From Oscillospiraceae bacterium (GTDB taxonomy: Bacteria > Bacillota > Clostridia > Christensenellales > QALW01): a DNA stretch of 64,000 bases. The notes beneath the pieces are model-generated. The model had not been told where the DNA came from, did not search any database, and saw only the letters and a program-made list of their open reading frames with translations. The translations under genes were made by a program, and so were the position numbers. Location: the NCBI GenBank assembly GCA_022009755.1, contig CP091722.1, positions 852,772-916,771 of the forward strand, written 5' to 3'. Below are positions 11,568 through 22,005 of this stretch, piece after piece (position 1 is the first letter of the stretch; each line of letters begins with the position of its first letter).

Positions 11568-12932
11568 TCATACAGCCCCGTCCCGCTCTTTTTTATAATC
11601 AAAATAGCAGATGGTCTCTATGTGTGCCGTCTGGGGAAACATATCCACGCATTTGGTCTGCCCCAGGCTGTATCCGCCCCGCGCCAGCACTGCGGCATCC
11701 CGTGCAAGCGTTGCCGGGTCGCAGGATATGTATATAATGCGCTCTATCGGGTTTTCCGTAAGCGCCTCCAATATCGCACCGTCGCAGCCCGCCCTCGGCG
11801 GATCCAGAATAATCACCTTTATATTGCCCAGCCGCTTTATAAGAGAGGGCAGCTCCTTTGCGCAGTCCCCCTGAATGAATTCAACATTTTTCACTCCGTT
11901 TTTAAGCGCATTTCTCCGGGCATCCTCCACGGCATCCGGCACTATCTCCACCCCCACCGCACGGCCGCAGAACCTTGCCATTATCTGCGTAAGTATGCCG
12001 GTGCCGCAATAGGCGTCCACCAGCACGGAATCGTCCCGCCGCCCTCCGTAAAGGGTTGTAATTCCGTAAAGCACCGCCGCCTGAAGGTGATTTACCTGAA
12101 GAAAGGACAGCGGTGAAAGATTGAAGTGCACCCCGGCGATATCATCCTCAAAATCCTTTCTGCCCGCCATGAATTCGCATTTGGGCGAAAGCACGATATT
12201 GCCTTTTTCCGTGTTTATATCCTTCCAAACGCTGCATGCTCCTGCCTCAAGCAGACCCTTTGCCCACATTTCCGGCTGCTTAAGCTCCTCATTTACCACC
12301 AGCACCGCCATAATATCGCCCTTTATAATGCTTCGTCTGAGCATAAGCTGCCGCAGCGAGCCGCAATGCTTCACCTCGTCATAAACGGTGGTGCCCGTGC
12401 TTTCCGCAAGCCTCTTTACCGCCTGAACAAAGGGCTTTATATCCATGCTCTGAATGGCGCAGCTGTCCATATCAATTATCCTGTGGCTTCTTGAAGCATA
12501 AAAGCCTATTACTATATTGCCGTTTTCATCCCTGCCTATGGGCAGTATCGCCTTGTTGCGGTAGTGATACGGATCATACATGCCAATTATATCGCTAACC
12601 TCGAACGGCAGCCCGGATATGCGCCTTAACACCTGCTCCGTTTCCTTTTTCTTGGACTCCAGCTGCGCGTTGTATTCAAGATGCTGCATAACGCAACCTC
12701 CGCAGCGCCCGAAGTATTTGCACGCAGGCTCCCGTCTGTTGGGCGAAGGCGTAATTATTTGCTCAAGCCGTCCTATGCAATAGTTCTTATTAACCTTTAT
12801 TATCCGCGCCCTTACCGTTTCGCCAGGCAGCGCGCCGGGCACGAAAACCACCATGGAGTCACTGCGTGCAACCCCTGCTCCCGTATTTGCCATGCTGTCC
12901 ACCGTAAGAAGCACTTCTTCATTCTTTTTCAT
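11568..12932 (-). CDS. rlmD: 23S rRNA (uracil-5)-methyltransferase, RumA/RlmD family
   Basis: N-terminal TRAM domain, Fe-S cysteines CKYFGRCGGC, SAM motif VDAYCGTG, catalytic-region ISCDPATLARD. Confidence 0.85.
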   Translation of the reverse strand: MKKNEEVLLTVDSMANTGAGVARSDSMVVFVPGALPGETVRARIIKVNKNYCIGRLEQIITPSPNRREPACKYFGRCGGCVMQHLEYNAQLESKKKETEQVLRRISGLPFEVSDIIGMYDPYHYRNKAILPIGRDENGNIVIGFYASRSHRIIDMDSCAIQSMDIKPFVQAVKRLAESTGTTVYDEVKHCGSLRQLMLRRSIIKGDIMAVLVVNEELKQPEMWAKGLLEAGACSVWKDINTEKGNIVLSPKCEFMAGRKDFEDDIAGVHFNLSPLSFLQVNHLQAAVLYGITTLYGGRRDDSVLVDAYCGTGILTQIMARFCGRAVGVEIVPDAVEDARRNALKNGVKNVEFIQGDCAKELPSLIKRLGNIKVIILDPPRAGCDGAILEALTENPIERIIYISCDPATLARDAAVLARGGYSLGQTKCVDMFPQTAHIETICYFDYKKERDGAV

Positions 12933-13200
12933 ATCGTTCCAAACCTTTCAGCGCGAATACATCCGCAAAACATCCCGTCCCCTTACCCCGTGTATGTATA
13001 TACAGTATAAATTATAGCAAATAATTCCGTCAAGGTAAAGTGCAAACCGCCAAAACAGCTGTCTGCTCCGCTTAAATTCCGCCGCGCCGTTTTTTCGGAT
13101 GCAATATTCGGCGCAAAAACACATCATAATACATTCCTGTGCAAAAAAATCCGTCATACGGGCATAATAATACGGAAAAATTCTGTACGGACGGTGAAAG

Positions 13201-15546
13201 ATGAAACAGCCTCACAAAAAAACATACTTCTTTCGCGCAAACGGCGCAAACACTCAAACGGACAAATCCTGCGTCCTGTACGGCGATATCGGCGCGGCAT
13301 TTTTTATAAAGCTGCTGCTTGTCTATCTGTGCATAACAGCGTTTGTTCTCCTTGCGCTGCTTTTGTTTTTCAAAAATTTTCCCATGGTGGATCTCTCTCC
13401 GCAGGCAATAACCGACATCCCGGAAAGCCTGCGCATTTACGACTCCGATGACGAACTGGCCCTTACGGCAAGCGGCAGTCAGCGCAGGATATTCATCGAA
13501 CTCTCCCAGCTTCCTCCTGATGTGAAAAACGCCTTTGTCGCAGCGGAGGATGCCCGTTTTTACAGCCATAACGGCATAGATCTGCGCCGTATATTCGCAG
13601 CGGCCGCAGCGGATATAAAATCCGGCAGCTACAAACAGGGCGGCAGCACCATTACGCAGCAGCTGATAAAAAACAGTCATCTTTCCGGCACAAAAAAGCT
13701 GTCGCGAAAAATTCAGGAGGCGTTGCTTGCCTGTCAGCTGGAAGCCCGCTTTTCAAAAGAAGAAATAATGCAGATGTATCTCAATTATGTGTACTTCGGA
13801 AACGGCGCTTACGGCATAGAAGCCGCCGCACGGACATACTTTGACAAAAGCGCATCCGAGCTTACACTGGCCGAATCCGCCGCCCTTGCAGCCACGGTTA
13901 AGGCCCCGTCGATTTATTCCCCGGCGCACCCAAACGCCTGCACAAGCCGCCGCAACACCGTGCTTCGCCTTATGTACAAAAACGGCCTCATCGACCTTGC
14001 CGCGCTTAATTTTGCGCTTAAAGCCCCGCTTGAAACCGTTCCCTGCTCATATTTTGACTACAACTACGGCTACTATGCCGATTGTGCCCTGCAAAGCGCC
14101 GCTGCCCTCACCTCGCTCTCCGCAGACGAGCTGCTCTCCGGCGGGTATTCCATATATACTACTCTTGACTCCGGGCTTGCCGACACCCTCGGCGGTCTGC
14201 TTAAGGAGGATTCTCTCTTTCCCTCCCGGCAAACGGAATGCGCCGCCGTGTGTCTTGATTCAAAAACCGGCGCCGTGCTTGCATTGGAGGGCGGACGCAG
14301 CTATTGCGCGCGATTGTGCTTTAACCGCGCCGTTTCCGCCCGCCGCCGTCCCGGCTCCGTGATAAAGCCGCTGCTTGTATACGCCCCCGCGCTGGAAACC
14401 GGAAAAATCACCGCTGCTTCGGTTTTTATTGATGAAAAAAAAGATTTTGACGGTTACAGCCCGAATAATTTTCACGATAAATACTACGGCGCGGTAACCG
14501 CACGCACCGCCCTCGTAAAATCCCTGAATGTTCCCGCCGTGGAAATACTCTCCTCCTGCGGAATCGATGTCGCAAAGAGTTATGCCCGCCTTCTGGGAAT
14601 AACCTTTGACCCAGCCGATAACGGGCTTGCACTGGCGCTGGGCGGCTTTACCTACGGCATAAGCCCCATGGAGGCAGCCTCCGCCTATCAATGCCTTGCA
14701 GCGGGCGGCCTGCGTACCTCCCCGTATTTTGTCCGCAAGGTAACCTCGGCGGACGGCACGGTGCTATACAAGCGCGCCGCAGGCGAACAAAAACGCGTAT
14801 TTTCGCCGCAAACGGCATATATCATCAGCGATATATTAAAAGACGCCGCAAAAAAGCCGGGAAGCCCTCTTGCCGCCTTAAACGGGGTCAGCGCCAAAAC
14901 CGGCACCGCCTCCCGAAATGCCGATACGAATTCTGATATATGGGTGGCGGCATATGACAGCCGGCTAACCGTTGCCGTATGGCAGGGCTGTGACACCACG
15001 GACGATGCTCACTGCCTGCCAGGCAGCGCAACCGGCAGCAAATATCCGTCAGAAATGGCAGCCCGGCTGTTCGAGTTTTCGCGCAGCCGCAGCGCCCCCG
15101 AGCCCGACCGCGTTCCCGACGGCATAGTTCGCGCCACCCTTGACGCACGGGCACTTTTGCGAGGCTCTCTTGAGCTGGCTACCGATCTTACACCCAAGGA
15201 AAACAGAATAACGGAGCTTTTCACAAACGACACCCGGCCTCAGAAATACTCCTCCTATTACCGTGCCCCGGAGGCCTGCGATATCTGTGCCCTGCACGGC
15301 GAAAACGGCAATACCGTAAGCATAACCGCGCGCAATTCCTACACCCTCTACCGTATATACAGAACGGAAAACGGCAATCACAGGCTTATAGGCGTGCTGC
15401 GCGGCAAAAGCGGCGAAACGCTTTCCCTTCTTGATCCCGCCGATGTTTCTGCCCGCTATTATGCCGTTTCCGAGCATGCGGAGATCACCGCAGCCGACGG
15501 CTCACCGCTTCTTGGCAAGGCCAGCAGGCTTGTGCGCGTCGAATAA
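13201..15546 (+). CDS. class A penicillin-binding protein (transglycosylase/transpeptidase)
   Basis: TM anchor. GT51 motifs EDARFYSHNGID and GGSTITQQL. Transpeptidase motifs SVIKP (SxxK), SLN and KTGT. Confidence 0.85.
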   Translation: MKQPHKKTYFFRANGANTQTDKSCVLYGDIGAAFFIKLLLVYLCITAFVLLALLLFFKNFPMVDLSPQAITDIPESLRIYDSDDELALTASGSQRRIFIELSQLPPDVKNAFVAAEDARFYSHNGIDLRRIFAAAAADIKSGSYKQGGSTITQQLIKNSHLSGTKKLSRKIQEALLACQLEARFSKEEIMQMYLNYVYFGNGAYGIEAAARTYFDKSASELTLAESAALAATVKAPSIYSPAHPNACTSRRNTVLRLMYKNGLIDLAALNFALKAPLETVPCSYFDYNYGYYADCALQSAAALTSLSADELLSGGYSIYTTLDSGLADTLGGLLKEDSLFPSRQTECAAVCLDSKTGAVLALEGGRSYCARLCFNRAVSARRRPGSVIKPLLVYAPALETGKITAASVFIDEKKDFDGYSPNNFHDKYYGAVTARTALVKSLNVPAVEILSSCGIDVAKSYARLLGITFDPADNGLALALGGFTYGISPMEAASAYQCLAAGGLRTSPYFVRKVTSADGTVLYKRAAGEQKRVFSPQTAYIISDILKDAAKKPGSPLAALNGVSAKTGTASRNADTNSDIWVAAYDSRLTVAVWQGCDTTDDAHCLPGSATGSKYPSEMAARLFEFSRSRSAPEPDRVPDGIVRATLDARALLRGSLELATDLTPKENRITELFTNDTRPQKYSSYYRAPEACDICALHGENGNTVSITARNSYTLYRIYRTENGNHRLIGVLRGKSGETLSLLDPADVSARYYAVSEHAEITAADGSPLLGKASRLVRVE

Positions 15547-15783
15547 CCTCTCCCCCCGCTTTTGCGCCGCTTGCGCTCCCTCGGCACGAACATTCGCCCG
15601 CTCTGCCCGTGCCCGATTATCGTATCTTGTAATATCCCGAAAAACGCTGTTGTGCAAAACACACGGCCGCTGCGTAAAGCGGTGCAGCCCTGACGGGCGC
15701 ACTGCGTCCTACACAGTAACTGTCCTTTAGAGAACGACTCCAAGTACAGTCCTGTTTTTACCGTCAGCAATGCGCCGAACCTG

Positions 15784-15826
15784 AAAATACCGCCGGATGC
15801 GAAAAAACGCATCCGGCGGTATTTTG
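15784..15826. terminator. bidirectional terminator between PBP gene and ddl
   Basis: Perfect 15-bp stem ATACCGCCGGATGCG / CGCATCCGGCGGTAT with an A6 loop, flanked by A and T runs. Confidence 0.8.
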
Positions 15827-15852
15827 TTTATCTGCAATCTAACCCCGCGTTT

Positions 15853-17088
15853 TCAGGCCTTGGCTCCGCCCAGCTTGCCGCCCTTAGCCGCCGTTTTGCC
15901 CTCACGGTAGCGGCTGAGTATTTCGGAATCATAGGCATAATCATTCTTTCTGCCCTCGTCATATGCACGCAGCGCAAGCTCTATAAGACGGTCAAGCAGC
16001 ATGGTATAGCTTAATCCCTTTGGCTCCCAGAGATAATAGGCAAAGGAGCCCGGAATCGTATTTATTTCGTTTATATATATTTGTCCGCTGTTCTTATCAA
16101 GTATATAATCGATTCGTACAACGCCCTTGCAGTCAAGCAGCCGGAACGCCTCGGCTGTATAATGCTCAATAAGCTTTGTCTGCTCCGGCTCTATGGGCGC
16201 AGGTATCCTGCGTGCAAGAGCTGCCATGCCGTCGTTTCGTTCCCCCTTTGCTCCCCCCTGCTTTCCGGAGCGCATATATTTTTCATCATAGGTAAGGAAC
16301 TCCTCCCATGTAACCGGCATTTCGCATACACTTACCTCGACATCTCCCCCGAAGCCCAAGGCAGAGCAATTTATCTCCTCCAGCTTTTCCACGCCCTGCT
16401 CAACCAAAATACGCCTGTCATAGTGTGAAGCAACGACTATGGCCTTTTCCAGCTCGGCACGGCAATGAGCCTTGCTTATTCCTATAGACGAGCCGAGATT
16501 CGCCGGCTTTACAAACATGGGATAGGTAAGCTTCTTCTCCGCCTCGTCAAGATAACGCTCCATATCCGCAGCGAGCGTACCGCGGTCAAAATAGATATAG
16601 GGCAGCACCGGCAAGCCCGCCCCGCTGAAGGCGGCTTTCATAAGTATCTTATCCATGCCCGCTGCGCTTCCCAGCACGCCGCAGCTTGTATACGGTACTC
16701 CCGCAAGCTCCAGCAGCCCCTGAAGCGTACCGTCCTCGCCGTGCAGGCCGTGCATCGCCGGTATTGCAACATCAATATTCGCAATGCTGCGCTGCTGCTT
16801 TTTGAACAGCGTATCTTTTGTTTCGTACCGATACAAGGTGCGCGCTCTGGTATTCGCAGGCAAATAGCAGCGTATAAGCTCAGGATCCGCAGGATCAAAG
16901 CCCTGTACGCACTCTACCCTTCTGAGCTTATTGCCGGTATACCAATCCCCCTTGCGGGTAATATACACCGGTATGATATCATACTTATTATCGTCAAGAT
17001 TTTCCATCATCTGAAGCGCGGTAACAACAGAAACATCATGCTCCACGCTTTGTCCTCCGAAAAACACTGCTACTTTAAGCTTATTCAT
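15853..17088 (-). CDS. ddl: D-alanine--D-alanine ligase (long form)
   Basis: ATG 17088 (MNKLKVAVFFGGQSVEHDVS). ATP-grasp motifs HGLHGEDGTLQGLLE and INEINTIPG. Confidence 0.9.
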   Translation of the reverse strand: MNKLKVAVFFGGQSVEHDVSVVTALQMMENLDDNKYDIIPVYITRKGDWYTGNKLRRVECVQGFDPADPELIRCYLPANTRARTLYRYETKDTLFKKQQRSIANIDVAIPAMHGLHGEDGTLQGLLELAGVPYTSCGVLGSAAGMDKILMKAAFSGAGLPVLPYIYFDRGTLAADMERYLDEAEKKLTYPMFVKPANLGSSIGISKAHCRAELEKAIVVASHYDRRILVEQGVEKLEEINCSALGFGGDVEVSVCEMPVTWEEFLTYDEKYMRSGKQGGAKGERNDGMAALARRIPAPIEPEQTKLIEHYTAEAFRLLDCKGVVRIDYILDKNSGQIYINEINTIPGSFAYYLWEPKGLSYTMLLDRLIELALRAYDEGRKNDYAYDSEILSRYREGKTAAKGGKLGGAKA

Positions 17089-17195
17089 AAACAGCCTCCG
17101 TCCGATTTTATTCTTGTATGCAATATTCATTCCGCTTTGCCGCCGTTTTGTCGGCAGCCAAAGCAGGCATCTTCCCGTATTTTTAAGATATTTTT

Positions 17196-18758
17196 TTAAT
17201 AGTTATCCGGAAGATCGTTTTCAAATAATACCGTATCCCCGGCCCGGCCCGCCGCTGCCAGATAATCCGTGGCCCCGGAAAGCGAATCCACCGTTATTAT
17301 CCTTTCGCCGTCAAAGCCGGTTTCAAGCAGACCCTGCTTTATCGCAGCCGTGCGTTCGCCCACCAAAACCGCAATATCCGCAGATGACGCAATCTGCCTG
17401 CCGAACTCCCTGTGATACTCCTCCTGACTTTGTCCAAGCTCCACAAAGCCCGGAGTGATAATTATCCGCCTGCCCGGAAAGCTGGCAAGCACTTTGAGTG
17501 CTGCCTTTGCGCCGTTGGGGCTGGAGTTGAAGGCATCGTCAATTACCGTCATCGGTCTGCGGGTAACTATTTGCAGCCTGTGCTCCACGGGGCGAAGCTT
17601 GGATATACCGCGGGCTATCTGCTCCATTGTAAGCCCCATTTTATAGGCAACTGCAGCGCAGCCCACAATATTCTGAACATTGTGCTCCCCCAACAGCTCC
17701 GTTGTACAAAATACACTTTCCCCCTCCTGATTTACAAGCGCAAAGCAGGAGCCGTCCGGTCCCACAGTGAGGTTTTCCGCATGCATATAGCCCTTGCTGC
17801 CTATTCCGAAGGTATAGGCATTGCACAGCGATTTTGCTTTTTCATACATACGCTCGGTATACTCGTTGCCCAAAGGGAAAAACGCCGAATCCTTTACCGC
17901 TTCGATAAGCTCAAATTTGCCTTTTACTATATTTTCCATGCTTCCGAAGGTTTCAAGGTGCTGCGGCCCGATGGATGTAATGATGCCGATATCCGGCTTT
18001 ACAAAGCGGCATATTTCCTTTATATCGCCAAGATGACGCGAGCCCATCTCGCATATAAACACCTGATCATCCGATTGCAGGCGCTCCCTGATGACCCGCA
18101 CGACGCCCAGCGTGGTATTATAGCTTGAGGGAGGAGTAAGCACCGAATATTTTTCCCCCAGTATCGTAGAGAGCAGGAATTTTGTGCTGGTTTTTCCGTA
18201 AGAGCCGGTTATGCCTATGATCTTGAGCCCAGGCACGGAAGCAAGGCGTTTTTTTGCATCGGCGATATAATAATGTCTGACAGCAAATTCCAGCGGCTTT
18301 GTAACAAGCGCCGCAAGCGCTACAACAAAGGGAAGCAGTGCAGGAATAAGACCGAACAGGCCGCACATTCTTTTAAGAGAAAAGCAAACGCCCAGCGCTG
18401 CTGCGGCAAGCAGCATAATCAGGGTCTGCGCTGCCATTATTCTTTTTATGCGTGCCGTTACAACCAGCGGCTTCTTGCTGTTTGACTGCCCCAGCAGCCG
18501 TTTGCCCGTGAGAAAAACAGCCAGCGCCTGCATAAGCATTACAGGTGCGCTCAGCCATTCAACCGGCACAAGCGCAAGCAGCGCAGGCAGGGATATGAGC
18601 AAAAACGCATACCATTTTTTGAACATGCTGTGGCTGTATCCCGCAAGATAATACGATTCCAGCTGCAAAAAATGCAGATAGTATTTGCCCGCATCCAGCA
18701 ATGCAGCCGTAAGCAGCAGCATTGCCGCGCCGTTTAGAGTCATAAAAAAATAATCCAT
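17196..18758 (-). CDS. murF: UDP-MurNAc-tripeptide--D-Ala-D-Ala ligase (MurF-type Mur ligase) with hydrophobic N-terminal extension
   Basis: P-loop GITGSYGKTSTK and Mur ligase middle and C-terminal domains. Lies immediately downstream of ddl. The first ~170 aa are predicted TM helices. Confidence 0.8.
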   Translation of the reverse strand: MDYFFMTLNGAAMLLLTAALLDAGKYYLHFLQLESYYLAGYSHSMFKKWYAFLLISLPALLALVPVEWLSAPVMLMQALAVFLTGKRLLGQSNSKKPLVVTARIKRIMAAQTLIMLLAAAALGVCFSLKRMCGLFGLIPALLPFVVALAALVTKPLEFAVRHYYIADAKKRLASVPGLKIIGITGSYGKTSTKFLLSTILGEKYSVLTPPSSYNTTLGVVRVIRERLQSDDQVFICEMGSRHLGDIKEICRFVKPDIGIITSIGPQHLETFGSMENIVKGKFELIEAVKDSAFFPLGNEYTERMYEKAKSLCNAYTFGIGSKGYMHAENLTVGPDGSCFALVNQEGESVFCTTELLGEHNVQNIVGCAAVAYKMGLTMEQIARGISKLRPVEHRLQIVTRRPMTVIDDAFNSSPNGAKAALKVLASFPGRRIIITPGFVELGQSQEEYHREFGRQIASSADIAVLVGERTAAIKQGLLETGFDGERIITVDSLSGATDYLAAAGRAGDTVLFENDLPDNY

Positions 18759-18854
18759 ATATATGTTACAGCTCCTGTCCTTTTGCCGTTGCCAAACCCC
18801 GCCGTGCTTTTCCCGACCATATTAAAATGCATACGAAGTTTTTCATTCCCGCTT

Positions 18855-19619
18855 TTATGCAAAGAAGGAATCAAGTATTGCCAGCGTTTTGGGATAATCC
18901 TCCGCAAAGGCATAGTGCCCTTTTTGCGGATAAAGCACAAGCACGGCATCCGGTATTTCCTTTTCCATTATTCTTCCCATATAAAGCGGCGTATCCGCAT
19001 CGTTTTCTCCCCATATAAGAAGTGTGGGCACCTTGATATTTTTAAGCTGCGAGGCAAGATCCTCCCCCACTATGCGGGAAAAGGTAGCCTTCATAACCGG
19101 TGAAAGCACACGGTAATCCGCCGATCCGCGGCCGTTTGCAAGGCGCTCCCTTTGCTGCTGCGTAAAAAACGGCAGCTTCAAAACAGCCTTGGCAAGCTTA
19201 TAGGACCATACCTTTGCGTAGTATTTTACGCCTCTTTTTGGCCGTATTCCGGAGGCATCGCAAAGCACAATCCTTTCAAAAAGAGAACTGTATTTACGGC
19301 TCATGGCAATTATCGTGCGCCCGCCGTTGCTGTGCCCCCAAAAAAATGCCTTTTTAATCCCCGTTTTTTCACAAACCGCCGCAACAACGGACGCAAAATC
19401 CTCAATGCTGTACGGCCTTGCGGGCTCCGATGTTTTACCGTGGCCCGGAAGGTCAATGAGCGTTACCCGTAAAGATCGGGCCAAATGCTCTGCAAGCGGC
19501 ATAAGCAGCTCGCTTGCATAGCCCCAGCCGTGAAGCAGCACACAGTCCTTCCCCTGCCCCAGCTGCCTGCAATGCACGCTTAAAGAATCTATATTAAGCT
19601 GAAAATCTTTATAATCCAT
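18855..19619 (-). CDS. alpha/beta-fold hydrolase
   Basis: HGWGY oxyanion region and GHSNGG nucleophile elbow; 254 aa. Confidence 0.7.
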   Translation of the reverse strand: MDYKDFQLNIDSLSVHCRQLGQGKDCVLLHGWGYASELLMPLAEHLARSLRVTLIDLPGHGKTSEPARPYSIEDFASVVAAVCEKTGIKKAFFWGHSNGGRTIIAMSRKYSSLFERIVLCDASGIRPKRGVKYYAKVWSYKLAKAVLKLPFFTQQQRERLANGRGSADYRVLSPVMKATFSRIVGEDLASQLKNIKVPTLLIWGENDADTPLYMGRIMEKEIPDAVLVLYPQKGHYAFAEDYPKTLAILDSFFA

Positions 19620-19682
19620 TGTTACCTCTTGCGAAGTTTATGCGGAATTCCTGTTGTACCGGCATTTACGGCAAACACGGCG

Positions 19683-20157
19683 CTATAACTCCGCCCAGTA
19701 AATTGCGGCATCCTCACCGTCCGGGTAATAGCCTCTGCGCACTCCCACGCAGCAAAAGCCGTGCTTTTCATACAGTCTGCGGGCGCGCGCATTGCTTATG
19801 CGCACCTCAAGGGTGACCCTTTCCATTCCTTTTTCCCTTGCGGAAGCAAGCATTTTTGCAAGCAGTACATTCCCAACACCGCGCCCGCGGACATCGCTGC
19901 GCACGGCGATATTGGTTATCTGCCCTTCCTCCAGTATATGCCACATTCCGCCGTAGGCGATAACCCGGGAATCAAAAAGCGCAACCGTATACACCGCCAC
20001 AGGATTATCAAGCTCCCGAACGAAAGCCTCCCTGCTCCACGGCACGCTGAACGCCTCATCCTCAATGCTTTATTCCGTCTATATATTCACTGCGAAGAGT
20101 ATCAAATTTAATTTCGGCGAGAATATCGCCCCGGGGCGCGGTATTTTCGGAAACCAT
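19683..20157 (-). CDS. rimI: ribosomal-protein-alanine N-acetyltransferase RimI (GNAT); one frame break
   Basis: Acetyl-CoA motif RGRGVGNVLL. The N-terminal ~35 codons from ATG 20157 are in another frame, break near 20065. Follows tsaB. Confidence 0.75.
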
Positions 20158-20158
20158 C

Positions 20159-20848
20159 TCATGCGCCGCCATGCTTTGCCTCATATTCGCGTTCCGCCTG
20201 GGATTTTCTCATATATTCGGCATCCAGTTCAAAGCAGGATTGCGTCTGACCGCGTTCCGCTCTGACCGCAGCCGCCCACGCCACCGCAGCGGCGCGCTGA
20301 TAGGATGACGGAGGCGGCGCAAACACCGCTTTCGGCATTTTTTCGCTTATTTCCGCACGATGAATCTTTATCCCGTCTCCGCACATTACGGGCTCAGTGC
20401 CGAGCTCCGGATTTTTCAGCAGATCGTCAAGCAGCACCGGTCCGGGCTGAATGACGGCTCTGCCGTCTTTATATGCCGCCGCATACACCTGACCGCAGCG
20501 GGCATCAAGTATAGGGCAGACGATTCTGCCCGGCGCAAACACGCATGCCGCAGCCGCTTCCAGCGTACAAACGCCCACAACCGGCTTGCCGTAAGGCAGC
20601 GCAAGCCCCTTAACGGTGCTTACCGCAATCCTTATGCCGGTAAAGGAGCCCGGTCCGTTGCTGCAGGCAAATATATCAACATCGCTCGGAGCAATGCCGC
20701 AGCCGGACAGCACACCGTCCACCATCGGCATAAGCGTACGGGAATGCACAAGCCCGTTTGAAAGCATCTGCTCCGCCGTGATTTCTCCGTCGATATACAG
20801 AGCCGCCGAACAATACCTGCTGGCCGTATCCAGCGCCAGGATTATCAT
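20159..20848 (-). CDS. tsaB: tRNA t6A biosynthesis protein TsaB (YeaZ)
   Basis: MIILALDTAS and GPGSFTGIRI motifs. Overlaps the tsaE stop. Confidence 0.85.
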   Translation of the reverse strand: MIILALDTASRYCSAALYIDGEITAEQMLSNGLVHSRTLMPMVDGVLSGCGIAPSDVDIFACSNGPGSFTGIRIAVSTVKGLALPYGKPVVGVCTLEAAAACVFAPGRIVCPILDARCGQVYAAAYKDGRAVIQPGPVLLDDLLKNPELGTEPVMCGDGIKIHRAEISEKMPKAVFAPPPSSYQRAAAVAWAAAVRAERGQTQSCFELDAEYMRKSQAEREYEAKHGGA

Positions 20849-21291
20849 ATGTTTATTTCTCCCTCTTTATAGCCTTTCGGAGTTATCTCAAAACAGCGTT
20901 TATCGCCTTCCAGCTTCATAATATTTATATCGAGCCGCCGTTTCGGCATATCGTTTTCGCTCAGGCGCTCGCTCCATTCCACACAGCATACCGCATTTTC
21001 GTCAAAGAAAAGCTCATCAAAGCCCAAAGAATATATTTCCTCGCCGTTAATACGGTACAAATCAAAATGATATACGGGAATTCGGCCGTCGGTATACTGG
21101 TTAAGCAAAGCAAAAGTCGGGCTTCCGGTGCTTGCGCGGCTGCCCAACGCAGCAGCAAGCGCCGAAACAAATGCGGTTTTGCCGGCCCCAAGATCTCCGC
21201 GAAAAGCTATAAAGCAGCCTTTATCGATTTGCCCGGCCACCTTTTGTGCAAGAATCGCCGTTTCCTGGGGCGACGAAGTATAGTACAGCAT
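20845..21291 (-). CDS. tsaE: tRNA t6A biosynthesis ATPase TsaE (YjeE)
   Basis: P-loop GDLGAGKT and HFDLYR motif; 148 aa. Confidence 0.85.
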   Translation of the reverse strand: MLYYTSSPQETAILAQKVAGQIDKGCFIAFRGDLGAGKTAFVSALAAALGSRASTGSPTFALLNQYTDGRIPVYHFDLYRINGEEIYSLGFDELFFDENAVCCVEWSERLSENDMPKRRLDINIMKLEGDKRCFEITPKGYKEGEINI

Positions 21292-21393
21292 TTATCCTCC
21301 GGTGCAGGCTCCCCCGCACTTAAACAATCATTTTACAGATAATTTTATCATTTTACGCCTCTTAAGTCAATCCAAATAAGAAGGTTCGGGTAT

Positions 21394-21422
21394 TTGCCGT
21401 GATAATCTCCGTTTGATATACT
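21394..21422 (+). promoter_or_regulatory. candidate sigma-A promoter with extended -10, no obvious gene attached
   Basis: TTGCCG (21394-21399), 17-nt spacer, TGaTATACT (21414-21422). Confidence 0.4.
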
Positions 21423-21833
21423 CCGCCGGCACGCAGGCGTACCTTCCCGCCGTTAAATGCGGCATGATTTTGCTTGCTGCTGAGCGAATAAATATCCACC
21501 CGCATAGCGGGTGGCTCAGTCTGTCGAATAACCCCAAAAATCAAGCTGAGTTTTGCATTGAAAATTTTTCAGCAAAGCCAAACAAAGAAAAACGAGTAAA
21601 CGCGGTATCGGAGGCAAACAACCTGTGCCCTGTCAAAAATCCCGAAACCGGAGAATTCTATCCCGGCCGTCCGATCACACCGGAGATGTGCAAAGACTTG
21701 CAGCGTATTTTTCGGCTGCTCATTGACGCCGGAGCCGACCGTAACAATGTGTGTCGCCTTTTCCAAGAAAAGCATACGCCAGCACTATGAAAACGAGCCT
21801 GTCTGGCAGATCTGCGGCAATCCATGGGACTAA
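21413..21833 (+). other. possible small or decayed ORF with one ankyrin-like repeat; coding status unresolved
   Basis: ORF 21413-21790. Its C-terminal part (GRPITPEMCKDLQRIFRLLIDAGADRN) resembles an ankyrin repeat. A protein-like continuation (YENEPVWQICGNPWD, stop 21831-21833) lies in another frame. No convincing RBS or start codon. Confidence 0.2.
21490..21514. repeat. 25-nt hairpin element, copy 1 of 2 in this window
   Basis: AAATATCCACCCGCATAGCGGGTGG matches 39607-39631 at 24 of 25 positions. Stem is CCACCCGC / GCGGGTGG with loop ATA. Confidence 0.8.
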
Positions 21834-22005
21834 ACATATATTTTTCTGATTACTGAATATGATACTTGCAATCGCTTTTGTGCCTGCCGAAATCTTGCTT
21901 AATACTGTTTTTCTGTTTTTTAATTGCGTTTTTATTGTAACCGGCGGGTCGCTCTCATTTTAACGCATACGGTGCTTCCTGTTTTCCTGATCGATTAAAC
22001 TTTTT

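Noticed and set aside
21522-21528. TGTCGAA, a perfect Spo0A-box heptamer, in the orphan region.
   Set aside because: A 7-mer is expected by chance several times in 64 kb. Other copies fall inside rpsM and infA coding sequence. There is no clustering.
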